From a virus, in the IMG/VR virus record IMGVR_UViG_3300037264_003220, positions 26,281 to 90,280 of that record: a DNA stretch of 64,000 bases; one strand, given 5' to 3'. The notes under the pieces were generated by a model. It did no database searches, was not told the origin of the DNA, and saw nothing but the letters and a program-made list of their open reading frames with translations. Positions 56,101 through 64,000 of this stretch are shown piece by piece. A program made the position numbers and the translations under genes. Numbering within the stretch: the first letter of the stretch is position 1; the number at the start of each line of letters is the position of its first letter.

Positions 56101-58447
56101 CGGCAGCTGTCTTTGTTGTGCCGCCGCCAGCAATAAGGTCAGCCACTTCGCGGAACGCATCAACCTCGACATCTTTCTCTAAAGACAAAGCATGTTCGCC
56201 ATTCACGCTCACATCAATGGCGCCATCATCCGCATAAGAGAATGTAAACTGCCAATCTTCCGTATCAATCGTTCCTGCTGGAGGATTCGGCAAACGCATC
56301 TCGTTCATGTAATCAAAGACTTTGGGCGGCAGCTGCTCAAAACGCAAAGTGACAGAGCCTCCCTGCGCAGCCGTCTTCTGTTTCACTTCCTTGCGAACCT
56401 TGCTGTTGCAACGCTCGCAAAAGTCAGAGCCATCCTCTTTAATGCCCAAGCCGCATTGAATACACAGATTGTCCTGCGCACTGATAATCTTCTTTTCCTC
56501 AAACTCTTTGCGATGCTCGCGCTCTTGCTCAATGGTATGCTCAAGCACTTTCTGAAGGTCTGGGCTGGCGTCTTCCTTCTGCCCACGGTATTCATCTATG
56601 GCAGCTTGCTCAAGCTCCACATCGCGTTTCACTATTTCTTCGTCGCGGCTGGCGGTCTTTGAACTTGCTTCTGTGCCCATATCGCTTTCGGCTATGATTT
56701 CGGCAACAATTTTATTGGCGTCAGCACCGTAATGCTCAGAAACTTCCTTCATCCCGCCACCGTAATAAGACTTCACAGCATCTTCAAGTTGTTGTGCTGA
56801 ATAATCTTTCAAATCAATATCGAATAACACTCCATGGTCAAACACCATAAACTCATTTTCAGATATTTTCTTTACCCACTGATTCGTATCTTCATCTGTG
56901 CGAGTAAACCCATTTTGTTTGAAATAAGATTCGCCGTACATTCCTTCATCGCGACTGGCGGTCTTGTTCCCATGCTTCCTACCAAGATATTCACCGAAAT
57001 TACCATCAATGCTGGCGTTGCCGTGGTCAGATATCTGCCACACATTCGGGTAATAATTCTCCTTCTGCATCCAAGCATAAATGTCGCCATAGAACTTGTC
57101 CCAATCATCATGCAGCTTGGCGATTTTTTTGCCGCCTGCGTAAGCGACAGTCTCGGCGCCCAACGTGCCTTCGCCTTGAATAATGACATCTTCTTCAGAT
57201 GGGCCGCCATTTATCCCCATGTCATCTATAATTTCGTCATCAGGGATGCCATGTTCGTCGGCGAAGTCGGCTTTCTTATTTAATGACGCTTTCTTGGTAT
57301 CCCGCCACGTCGACCAATCCTGAAAATACTCAGCCGCCATTTCCATGGTCACATCAATACCAGCTTCATTGTCAGCGATATCTCGGATATAACTAATCAA
57401 ATCATCTTGGTCAGGAACCATATGCGCCTTGGCAAAATAATCCTGTGACTCTTGAAGAACCTTGTCTGTCCATTCTGGGTCGCCAACGCCAGGCGCGTCA
57501 GCGTCTTCGCCCATTTCATCAAGCGCCGTCACGAGCCGCTTCACCATACCAGCTTTCTTCTCGCCGCCTGGTTTAGAGCCATAATAAAAATAAGCCACGG
57601 TCACTTGGTTGTTTTGCATATCTGGTTCTTTAACGGCATACCCACTCCACGCCGTCACGGTATCAAAACCGATATACCCAAGATTCGCCAACTCGTCATT
57701 CTCCACGACCACGAACTCTCCCAAGTCAAACACGTCGCCATCAAACCTAAAGAAATTCCCCTGACCAGATTCTTCTGATTTAAAGTAATCAACCGTTTTC
57801 TTTTCTTCATCAGTCAATTCGTCAAAGTCAACCAACGGCACGGTTTCTTCCTTTTGAATGATGAGTTGGTCATCGGCTTGTTTCTTCATGCCAGCTTCTT
57901 TCTTAAACGAGCATTGCACTTGCTCCGGCTTCAGGTCTTTATGTTCAGCCAAATATTTCTCTTTGGCTTCTTGACAGGTCTTCGCCCATGTCGTGGTTGC
58001 CTTGTATTCCTTATCAACAAAGATTTCTATTTTGGGATGGCTGCGTTTATCGCCGTAGGCAGCTTCTAACTTCGGCAATCTTCCCGTGCCTTCACACGCC
58101 GGACATTCCTTGCCATCCATATGCCCTTCACCGCCGCATTCGGTGCAGGTTTCCCAGTCCTTGGCAACCTTTGTCCAGGAAGCAGCCTTCACAATCTTAA
58201 GATGATATCGCGCACCACAATCTTCACATTCCTCCACCTTGGAATAAGCGTCAGGGGAATTGAAAGTTGTTTTATGACCAAGCTCGTTATGTTTCTGATA
58301 AGGAGTTTTCTCGCTCGCCGACGCCATGCAACCGCAAGCACCGTTGCACTTGGCGCATGTTTCCGATTCCTGCTTTATCTTGGCAGGAGCCATTCTGTCT
58401 TTCGGTTCGTTCATCAATCGTTTCTTCGGCGGAATTAAATTATCCAT
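53192..58447 (-). CDS. Giant acidic multi-module protein (~1751 aa), putative head-packaged polyprotein
   Basis: Start MDNL after AAAGGAG; many short unrelated modules (Zn ribbons, ferritin-like helices, SH3-like) joined by [KR]-x-A linkers. Confidence 0.7.
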   Translation of the reverse strand: MDNLIPPKKRLMNEPKDRMAPAKIKQESETCAKCNGACGCMASASEKTPYQKHNELGHKTTFNSPDAYSKVEECEDCGARYHLKIVKAASWTKVAKDWETCTECGGEGHMDGKECPACEGTGRLPKLEAAYGDKRSHPKIEIFVDKEYKATTTWAKTCQEAKEKYLAEHKDLKPEQVQCSFKKEAGMKKQADDQLIIQKEETVPLVDFDELTDEEKKTVDYFKSEESGQGNFFRFDGDVFDLGEFVVVENDELANLGYIGFDTVTAWSGYAVKEPDMQNNQVTVAYFYYGSKPGGEKKAGMVKRLVTALDEMGEDADAPGVGDPEWTDKVLQESQDYFAKAHMVPDQDDLISYIRDIADNEAGIDVTMEMAAEYFQDWSTWRDTKKASLNKKADFADEHGIPDDEIIDDMGINGGPSEEDVIIQGEGTLGAETVAYAGGKKIAKLHDDWDKFYGDIYAWMQKENYYPNVWQISDHGNASIDGNFGEYLGRKHGNKTASRDEGMYGESYFKQNGFTRTDEDTNQWVKKISENEFMVFDHGVLFDIDLKDYSAQQLEDAVKSYYGGGMKEVSEHYGADANKIVAEIIAESDMGTEASSKTASRDEEIVKRDVELEQAAIDEYRGQKEDASPDLQKVLEHTIEQEREHRKEFEEKKIISAQDNLCIQCGLGIKEDGSDFCERCNSKVRKEVKQKTAAQGGSVTLRFEQLPPKVFDYMNEMRLPNPPAGTIDTEDWQFTFSYADDGAIDVSVNGEHALSLEKDVEVDAFREVADLIAGGGTTKTAADESYQGLGKFVGAYLEAALWSELDQSDEQGGDPLDKNYDFADISPESMDKAKADCAAFKEKAGELLNGIDEEQAGHDFWLTRNGHGAGFWDRGLGEVGDKLTEIAHSFGEINLVIGDDNKLYLEGSMKQARFYGIEDKDSMIYQKERKDEVAQKMGVDPKTLYDMPYAEWAKLDREHTVKGSLDKAAAEGIRRKGPGKFSTIIDEILWTMSLDGLGEEAGSVETGGWYGLLRSVTAEEAEKVATELEVAPLTAEEKQWFEANPFIILWTGEQGFVESKGYASEAEAQKEWEGILADTAEEGFDETGALRKAILEIAPNDLDSLTEWVLNDEGLYNWAMSEVSGGADAVGDLDNPAFVRWMEDNAQEIAAAVNKKLGGSRRAGLSDQVKSLRRKLKDLDVDKADPSEIASTVDALEKLEKRLKDQQETRKTKKEEKAKAAEEAAKTEVTAAAGEPTNFQCEKCGYKFVRNRANETIYCPHCETSQVTKIAAVRESKLPKKQQAELDRVVQDAVYGYQINIMDIGKVYKVAEAAYVRGEDVTEAVHKLLDTIATKTASFGKNAEEVSFLDVYKECLELDKGDERKAVESALSMWTGGAFDAAEGERRQQMIDQAMEFVQKQSVVARQAGADEYWCRTCEMPFFPNRKSEHEGHDVVVTRQAGGAVEKTAHIDPKRGPWIGKYLEVDGWYGWAVSEPDAEGNMKIDMEDGSGIVTRPINKIWETDRIPPERHAALDKKASYWITVWKQLPNSDLEISIDAEGQAELKEKVAAGDTSDNLMYEVFEPVTDAGLMWVNPEDIGALTSAPILSDAVLDDAGHLRAEEGVNIWWYPNYQVWSPLEDLAETGKTVFTLAPEDKEVNSSQKRYAKYFDQFKSSDLSGSAWELDKESRRLKRKKQNLKIQSTAEFFKNAGYKFREGDKVWLYNGDKAQIVKRHAALIAEDKKYDAVILDTYDQPTGATFTIKEKEAMPV

Positions 58448-58460
58448 TGAAATCTCTCCT

Positions 58461-58925
58461 TTAATGCAAAGCTGCGACAGCTTCCTGATACATCGCGCTC
58501 GCCTCTTGTTCGCTGTTAAAGCTCCCAAGGTTCTTATTTTTTCCCGAAAATCTTATTTGGGCAATCCATTTGTTACGTTTTTTATCCCAAGTCACGCCAA
58601 TGTATTTTGAATAAGTTTTACCATTCCTTCTCGCAGTTCGATTAGAACTATTGACCCGTTGAGTCACAATTCTTAAATTTTCTCTCTGATTATTTAAGCC
58701 GTCTCCATCCTTATGGTCAACCATCATGCCTTTGATACGAGGGAACCCAATAATAAAATGGTGCATATATTCTGCTCTTTGAACCCCATCAACAGTATTT
58801 ACATGACGCGCAGCATAAAAAACATTTCGACTCTTAACGGCGAACCAATTTAATGAATTCAAAATATCAAAAATACTATCATCAACTATTGCCACTTTAC
58901 CTTTGGTAAGTTCAATTTCTTTCAT
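58461..58925 (-). CDS. HNH-AP2 homing endonuclease
   Basis: MHHFI...VDHKDGDGLNNQRENLR; SKYIGVTW...WIAQI...LGSF..E.EA AP2 domain. Confidence 0.9.
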   Translation of the reverse strand: MKEIELTKGKVAIVDDSIFDILNSLNWFAVKSRNVFYAARHVNTVDGVQRAEYMHHFIIGFPRIKGMMVDHKDGDGLNNQRENLRIVTQRVNSSNRTARRNGKTYSKYIGVTWDKKRNKWIAQIRFSGKNKNLGSFNSEQEASAMYQEAVAALH

Positions 58926-61900
58926 CGGCTATTTCCCCATCAAGAACATCAAATGCCTGCGCTTCCGTAATTTTAAATTGACCCATTAAATCTTCAACGA
59001 TTTCATTCTCATTCATAGTGCCCAGCTTAACTAAATCTTTTGCTAATTGCTGTGTACTATTAACAGGGATAGTAGGCATAGGAGCGCCAGCATTTGGAAA
59101 AACATCCTTTGTCCCTGTCTCAACCGCATCTTCAAAACGGTCTCTATCTCTTGCCGCAGGCGATATGGTTTGTGAACCATCGTTTCTTTCTGGAGCAGTA
59201 TCAGTATGAGCATGTTGAGTCGCTGGCTTCACCCACCCAAGCTGAACCAGATAAGCGTAAAGGTCTTTCTCGGTTTTGTCGGCGCCGTATCCTGGTGCTG
59301 ACTCAGCATGATAACGCTTCGCAACTGTCTCAGCCTGCTTCTCGTTCAGGAACGGGGTTTGGTTCGGGTCGACTTCGTACCCCATCACGTCAAAGGCAAG
59401 ATTGAGCAGATTTTCTTTATGGTCTACAGCGTCCGCCTTCACCTTCAACACCCGCGCGTCGGCACGCAGAGACGCTTCCAGCTCAAGCAGAGCAACAAAT
59501 TCTTTATCGCTCGCGCACTTCCCTGGAATCCATTCAAACCGACTCCTGTCTCCACGCGCCCGCGCCGTCTTCCAATGCGGATGGTTATTAATGAGAGCGA
59601 AATAACTCTGCCATGTTTTTTCCACGGCAGCATTTATATGGAGATTAGGAACCTTATCGGATTGTGATAACTTTGACTTATCCACAGAGTTATCAGACTT
59701 ATCCACAGGCACGAAGCCGCTGCCCCGCTTCACTGCCATCATACGGCTGATTATCTTGGGCTGGGGGCGCGGGGTCGGTGCGCTTGGATTGGTCTTGATG
59801 ACAGGCTCCTGACCAGGAACGAGAGCGGGTTCTTCGTCGGACGAGGACGGTGCGCTGGGTTGTTCCGGCTGGGCTGGTTTGGCAATCTCCTCCACAGGAG
59901 TTGGCGGCATGACGGGCTTTGCTTGCGGCCCAACGCCTTCCACGTCCTCCGGCTTGGGTTCTTTGGGCGGCGGCGCCTCTATGCCAGTCTGCTTGGACAG
60001 CTGGTCATGAATCTTGCGCACGTCTTCCTTGGTATATTTCAATTGGTTGCGGGACAGCCAGGTATAAATCTCATGTTGAATCCCTTCAAAGTCCATGCCC
60101 TTCAGATTTTCTATGGTGATGCCGTCCAAGATACGGTTTGCCACGTACACGGGCTGAAGGCTTATAGCGGCTTCAAATTCAAACTCGGCATCATGTTTTT
60201 CATCCTCGTCAATTTGATTATTCACCTCTATTTCGCAATCTGCGCACATGCCATGACTGGTGCGCTCCGCATTGGGGTCGCCCTTCAAATGCTTGCCGCA
60301 CCATGCGCACACGGTTTTGGTGGGAATCTGCGCCGCCGTGCGCCCAAAGAAATAATGAATATCCTTTGCGCCATCGTAAGCCCAAACCAATGACGCATCC
60401 TCCGCCTTCCAAAAGCTCACAGCCTTGCTCGTTGGCACAGCACTCATGTCACCCACCGCGTCAACAAACTCCGGCTCGGTCATCTCCACCCCGCTCTCCA
60501 CAGCCTGAGCCATCTCTGTAGCGTCACCAAATGGCGAGGATGGGTCTTCAAGAATATCCACGCACGTGCCCACGAAACCAAACTGGGCGCCCGTTTTCTT
60601 TTGACTCGCCCACTTTTTCATGTCCTCGATAGACACGTCCACATCAGCAAGGTCATCCCAATATTCCTGACCATCCTTGCCAGGGTTGACGCCGGATTCA
60701 ATAGTGCCGGATAAGGTCAAGCGCATCTCCCCGTCCTTCACGCCCGTCGCCTTATTCAACAATTCCACGAACACATCCGCGAACACCATGCCTTCAGCCG
60801 AATCAAGATTGGTCAAGACCACATTGGTTTTGTAATTGGCGGGGTCAAATTCAAAATACATCGACACAAGGTCGGGCAGCACGCGCTCAACATTGGTGGT
60901 CACTTCGTCGTTCCATTTCCACGCCGGATTCTTGTCGGCTGGCTCCGTTGGCGATGCGGGACGGGGGTCGGAAGGCGACAGCACAGTCAACTTTTGGGGG
61001 GTCGTCTCATTATCTGTCGCAAGCGATTCATCATCAAGCTCTTTCAACGGTTCGTCCACCGCCGCCGCTGGCATTGGCGGTTTGTCGCCACGTTCAATCG
61101 CTTTGGGTTGATTATCAATAACTCTTGGTTCACCTGGTTCCTGCGCCGTCCGTGTCCAGCTGGCTTGGCAATTGATACAGCCCCCGTCGTCGTTTATCTC
61201 AATAGGCGGCTTGGGAGACCCACAATCTTTACAATACACGGCTTCCGCCGCACGCCAAAATGTTCCACGTGGAACATTTTTCGACGCCCTTTTGTCCCCC
61301 ATATCCGTAGAAGATTCGTCCAGCACTTCCTCCACTTTGTCAACCTGACTGACATCCAATGAAGGGTTCTCGTCCGCATCTCCAAGTATTTTTTCCAGGT
61401 TCTTCCACAACCAAATATAGCCGAACTTCTGGAGGTATTTGAATGTGATGTTTTCCTCCGAATCCGGCTCATAGTCTACATCCCGCTCATCAGAGACTTC
61501 CTGCGCTTTATCCATAATAGCAATCAGCTCGTTCTCTAATTCCTCGGTACGTTCTTGTAGGCGGTTCTGAAATTTTGAACGGGAGGCAGAGTCCATGGTC
61601 TCAATAGCTTCTTTCAGAGCATCAATGTTTTTGATGTCTCTCTTTGCGTTCCCGATAGCCACGTCAAGTTCCTGCACCATGCCTTCAGCATCATCAATGA
61701 TTGACGAGTAAACCGACTCAGGGTCGAAATCAGTATCCACGGTACGCGGCGCCTGTTCCCACGTATCCGTTTTCAAATCATAAATTCCATCCGTGGTATG
61801 CGCCTGCATATGCGGAGTCTCAAACGAAACCTCGAAAGGATGTTCAGTATCCAGCACTTTCCATTGCTGGTCACGCATTTCATCCTTATACGAATCCAAG

Positions 61901-62181
61901 ATTTCATCGAGGTCGTCTTGAGAAAGACCAGGATATTCCGCTTTAAGCTTATCCCAATCCACCACGATATGAAGGTCAAGGTCGGAACGGCGATTCCATT
62001 GAAACGAAGTGAGAGAGCCGAGGATGCGCATGGTTTCAATCCAGGGCACGTCCTGAAGATAGGGTTCTATTTTAGATAGGATGTCTTCTTTGACAGCCTG
62101 CTTAAGGGTTCCGTCACTCTCCCAAATGGATTGGTCGAGTCCGCTCATGCTGTAATCGAGAACGTTGCCTTGTTTTTTCAT
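58912..62181 (-). CDS. Multi-module protein with N-terminal Pol-beta-type nucleotidyltransferase domain
   Basis: ILGSLTSFQW...SDLDLHIVVD (GS + DxD) and GIYDLKTDTW; followed by Zn ribbons and modules separated by KRA/RTA/KTG motifs. Confidence 0.7.
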   Translation of the reverse strand: MKKQGNVLDYSMSGLDQSIWESDGTLKQAVKEDILSKIEPYLQDVPWIETMRILGSLTSFQWNRRSDLDLHIVVDWDKLKAEYPGLSQDDLDEILDSYKDEMRDQQWKVLDTEHPFEVSFETPHMQAHTTDGIYDLKTDTWEQAPRTVDTDFDPESVYSSIIDDAEGMVQELDVAIGNAKRDIKNIDALKEAIETMDSASRSKFQNRLQERTEELENELIAIMDKAQEVSDERDVDYEPDSEENITFKYLQKFGYIWLWKNLEKILGDADENPSLDVSQVDKVEEVLDESSTDMGDKRASKNVPRGTFWRAAEAVYCKDCGSPKPPIEINDDGGCINCQASWTRTAQEPGEPRVIDNQPKAIERGDKPPMPAAAVDEPLKELDDESLATDNETTPQKLTVLSPSDPRPASPTEPADKNPAWKWNDEVTTNVERVLPDLVSMYFEFDPANYKTNVVLTNLDSAEGMVFADVFVELLNKATGVKDGEMRLTLSGTIESGVNPGKDGQEYWDDLADVDVSIEDMKKWASQKKTGAQFGFVGTCVDILEDPSSPFGDATEMAQAVESGVEMTEPEFVDAVGDMSAVPTSKAVSFWKAEDASLVWAYDGAKDIHYFFGRTAAQIPTKTVCAWCGKHLKGDPNAERTSHGMCADCEIEVNNQIDEDEKHDAEFEFEAAISLQPVYVANRILDGITIENLKGMDFEGIQHEIYTWLSRNQLKYTKEDVRKIHDQLSKQTGIEAPPPKEPKPEDVEGVGPQAKPVMPPTPVEEIAKPAQPEQPSAPSSSDEEPALVPGQEPVIKTNPSAPTPRPQPKIISRMMAVKRGSGFVPVDKSDNSVDKSKLSQSDKVPNLHINAAVEKTWQSYFALINNHPHWKTARARGDRSRFEWIPGKCASDKEFVALLELEASLRADARVLKVKADAVDHKENLLNLAFDVMGYEVDPNQTPFLNEKQAETVAKRYHAESAPGYGADKTEKDLYAYLVQLGWVKPATQHAHTDTAPERNDGSQTISPAARDRDRFEDAVETGTKDVFPNAGAPMPTIPVNSTQQLAKDLVKLGTMNENEIVEDLMGQFKITEAQAFDVLDGEIADERN

Positions 62182-62184
62182 ATT

Positions 62185-62430
62185 TTAATTCCAGTCCACT
62201 TTAACCTTGGTAAATCCCACGGGTCGCCTTGCATACAATCCTGGCTCCAACCTAACCACTTCAACCCATATCTCGCTGTCCGGCTTGTCAAATTCAACCA
62301 CGGGCCAGAACTCGCCCTTGATGTACCGCCGCATGGTCATTACTGATGGGATGGTATCGAACAACCACTCATCATGCGCCAGTACACGGTCAAAAATAAC
62401 CCGATATCGTTCCGGCAGCTGAACGTTCAT
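62185..62430 (-). CDS. Hypothetical protein
   Basis: TAATG-coupled ORF. Confidence 0.5.
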   Translation of the reverse strand: MNVQLPERYRVIFDRVLAHDEWLFDTIPSVMTMRRYIKGEFWPVVEFDKPDSEIWVEVVRLEPGLYARRPVGFTKVKVDWN

Positions 62431-62606
62431 TAATAATTCGACAACACCGCGCCAATCTTGTCCAGCTCATTGATGATGCCGTCCAAATCAGCAGGGCTTG
62501 GATTCCCCGCGTCCAAAGCATCAGCGATGAGTCTCAACTGCTGCGCCATCCCAGGCAAAGTGTCTGGGTCTCCACCAAATGTCTCCGCTTGTTTTGTCCA
62601 GCTCAT
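62430..62606 (-). CDS. Small protein with MSWTKQA leader (58 aa)
   Basis: GGAGGA RBS at 62611-62616 places the start at 62606. Confidence 0.6.
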   Translation of the reverse strand: MSWTKQAETFGGDPDTLPGMAQQLRLIADALDAGNPSPADLDGIINELDKIGAVLSNY

Positions 62607-62607
62607 G

Positions 62608-62862
62608 TCATCCTCCAATATATTCTGCGCCAGCAATCCCAATAACCCAGGCGTCTGTCGCTGCCACGTACACACCGCTATGAAAATCCAATCCGTTCGG
62701 AAAGTCATGACTGCCAGCCAAAAGCAAAACTGTCATGGTCAATCCATTGGCTCCTGTCGCACTGTCAAAAAGCTGGGCACTTGTCGTCACCTGAACCGAC
62801 GTAACCTTCCCCGTTCCTACAATCGCTTGAGCGTTGCCTGTGTTCCAAATCGGCTTAGCCAT
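62608..62862 (-). CDS. Small beta-rich virion-like protein
   Basis: LFDSATG...FPNGLDFHSGVYV pattern; GGAGG RBS. Confidence 0.55.
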   Translation of the reverse strand: MAKPIWNTGNAQAIVGTGKVTSVQVTTSAQLFDSATGANGLTMTVLLLAGSHDFPNGLDFHSGVYVAATDAWVIGIAGAEYIGG

Positions 62863-63106
62863 AAATCATTCCTCCCTCGTTATTGAAGTCTCCCAATATA
62901 ACCTGAGATTCCTTCGCTTTACTTAAAATGCTCTGCAAAATTTGCCGCTTGTCTTCATCCATGGATTCTTCAATAAGAGCGGTCATCAACGTGTCTTCCA
63001 AATGCTCAAGCAGCCCACCTAAAATCAAACGCGTGTTCGATAATTGCTTGAGAGCTTTCATCAAATCGTGCCGTGGCACAAATGCAAAATAACTTTCGCA
63101 AGCCAA
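62855..63106 (-). CDS. Hypothetical protein
   Basis: Helical ORF; start uncertain. Confidence 0.4.
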   Translation of the reverse strand: MACESYFAFVPRHDLMKALKQLSNTRLILGGLLEHLEDTLMTALIEESMDEDKRQILQSILSKAKESQVILGDFNNEGGMIYG

Positions 63107-63176
63107 TACCCAAACGTTCCGCCAAATCCCATCAAAAACCCATTCACTATTGTTTTAATCAAATCCACATTCTCTC

Positions 63177-63977
63177 CTACGCTATCGCATGTAACTCCTG
63201 ATTGATTTCTTCCCACTGCGCATTGTCAGACTCTATGGAACCCAAAGTGATTGAGAATAAGCTCTTAAGTTCATTGAACCAAGCCTTCAAGGTATCCCAT
63301 GCGCTCGCCGCAACCTTCAATGAACTTCTTGGCCCAAGCAACTTCTTCAAATCTTCCGGCGCCATGGCTTCCCAATTGGGTTCCTGCAATTCCTTGGGGC
63401 GCTTCTTCTGCTCAGTTTGAAGATATTCTGACCAGCCTTCTTTCACATCTTCCATTTTAAAGAGTTGGAGCTTAAGTTCTTCCCAAGCTTTCAACTTGCT
63501 TGGCTTTACCATGGCGTTGATTTTGCTGATAACGTCGTTCATGGCATCAATGGACTTGGGCGCCACCACGTTCCGCTCCGACGCTTCTCTAAGCGTATAA
63601 ACCATGCTCTCTATCAGGGCTTCGTGTTGAGGCAAGGCTCGGATGGCATCTTTAATGAAAGAGATTACCTTGGAGTATTCTTCCTGAAGCTTAGGGATAT
63701 TGAACTGCTCCATCTGCTTCTCTTGGTACTTGGCTACTTCGTCTTGAACAGACTTGAGGGCTGAGTAGTACGCCTCCACTTTAGCGCTGGCGTTCAACAC
63801 TCGCTTCTTCAAAATCTCCGGCGCCGACATCTCCGCTTCTTCAGCTTGCGACGGGCTTTCCTTTGGCTCCGTCTTCTTCCCAAATCCAAATGCTTGTCTG
63901 TCCATAAACTCCTCCGTTAAATCTTTGTTGCTGGCGATAATATTTAAAGCGATTATTTGTATGGATTCTTGATTCAT
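63177..63977 (-). CDS. Coiled-coil hypothetical (putative head) protein
   Basis: RQA and KVA motifs followed by FGFG and AWDTLKAWF; RBS-like GGAAGG. Confidence 0.6.
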   Translation of the reverse strand: MNQESIQIIALNIIASNKDLTEEFMDRQAFGFGKKTEPKESPSQAEEAEMSAPEILKKRVLNASAKVEAYYSALKSVQDEVAKYQEKQMEQFNIPKLQEEYSKVISFIKDAIRALPQHEALIESMVYTLREASERNVVAPKSIDAMNDVISKINAMVKPSKLKAWEELKLQLFKMEDVKEGWSEYLQTEQKKRPKELQEPNWEAMAPEDLKKLLGPRSSLKVAASAWDTLKAWFNELKSLFSITLGSIESDNAQWEEINQELHAIA

Positions 63978-64000
63978 ATAGCCTTCCCCGTAAAAGTTAT

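Noticed and set aside
58448-58528. Track N-terminal extensions (also 22918..22995, 62607..62708, 8407..8436, 50686..50709, 19170..19238)
   Set aside because: They overlap upstream genes. Downstream ATGs have an RBS or stop-start coupling.
1-64000. Stop-codon reassignment, tRNA or rRNA genes
   Set aside because: Genes are full length and densely packed under the standard code, with TAA, TGA and TAG all used as stops. No tRNA or rRNA pattern was seen by eye; tRNAscan was not run.

Overview
The window is the virion-morphogenesis region of a large contractile-tailed (myovirus-type) phage or prophage. Almost every real gene is on the minus strand, tightly packed with ATGA/TAATG overlaps and GGAG-type ribosome-binding sites, in standard code. 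In the direction of transcription (64 kb to 1) the order is: a ~17 kb block of acidic proteins, portal, prohead protease, scaffold, decoration protein, HK97-fold major capsid, adaptor, and a second block of acidic proteins. Then come a methyltransferase and two glycosyltransferase genes, two Gln/Ser/Thr-repeat fibre-like proteins, a permuted NlpC/P60 enzyme, neck, sheath, tube, a frameshifted tail chaperone, tape measure, baseplate and tail fibres. Seven free-standing endonucleases (4 Vsr/DUF559-like, 3 HNH) are interspersed. No terminase, integrase, tRNA or CRISPR array was seen. The most striking signal is a shared W-[TS]-[KRT]-x-[AST] leader and a [KR]-x-A linker. The leader heads many small genes, in two cases via an identical 29-bp RBS+MWTKTA cassette. 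The linker separates the modules of two large multi-module proteins, and [KR]-x-A also occurs in portal, scaffold, protease and capsid. I infer a capsid-targeting/protease-cleavage system that loads a library of small cargo domains into the head. A probable virion-glycosylation module is the second highlight. All functional calls come from motif recognition and gene order, without database searches.
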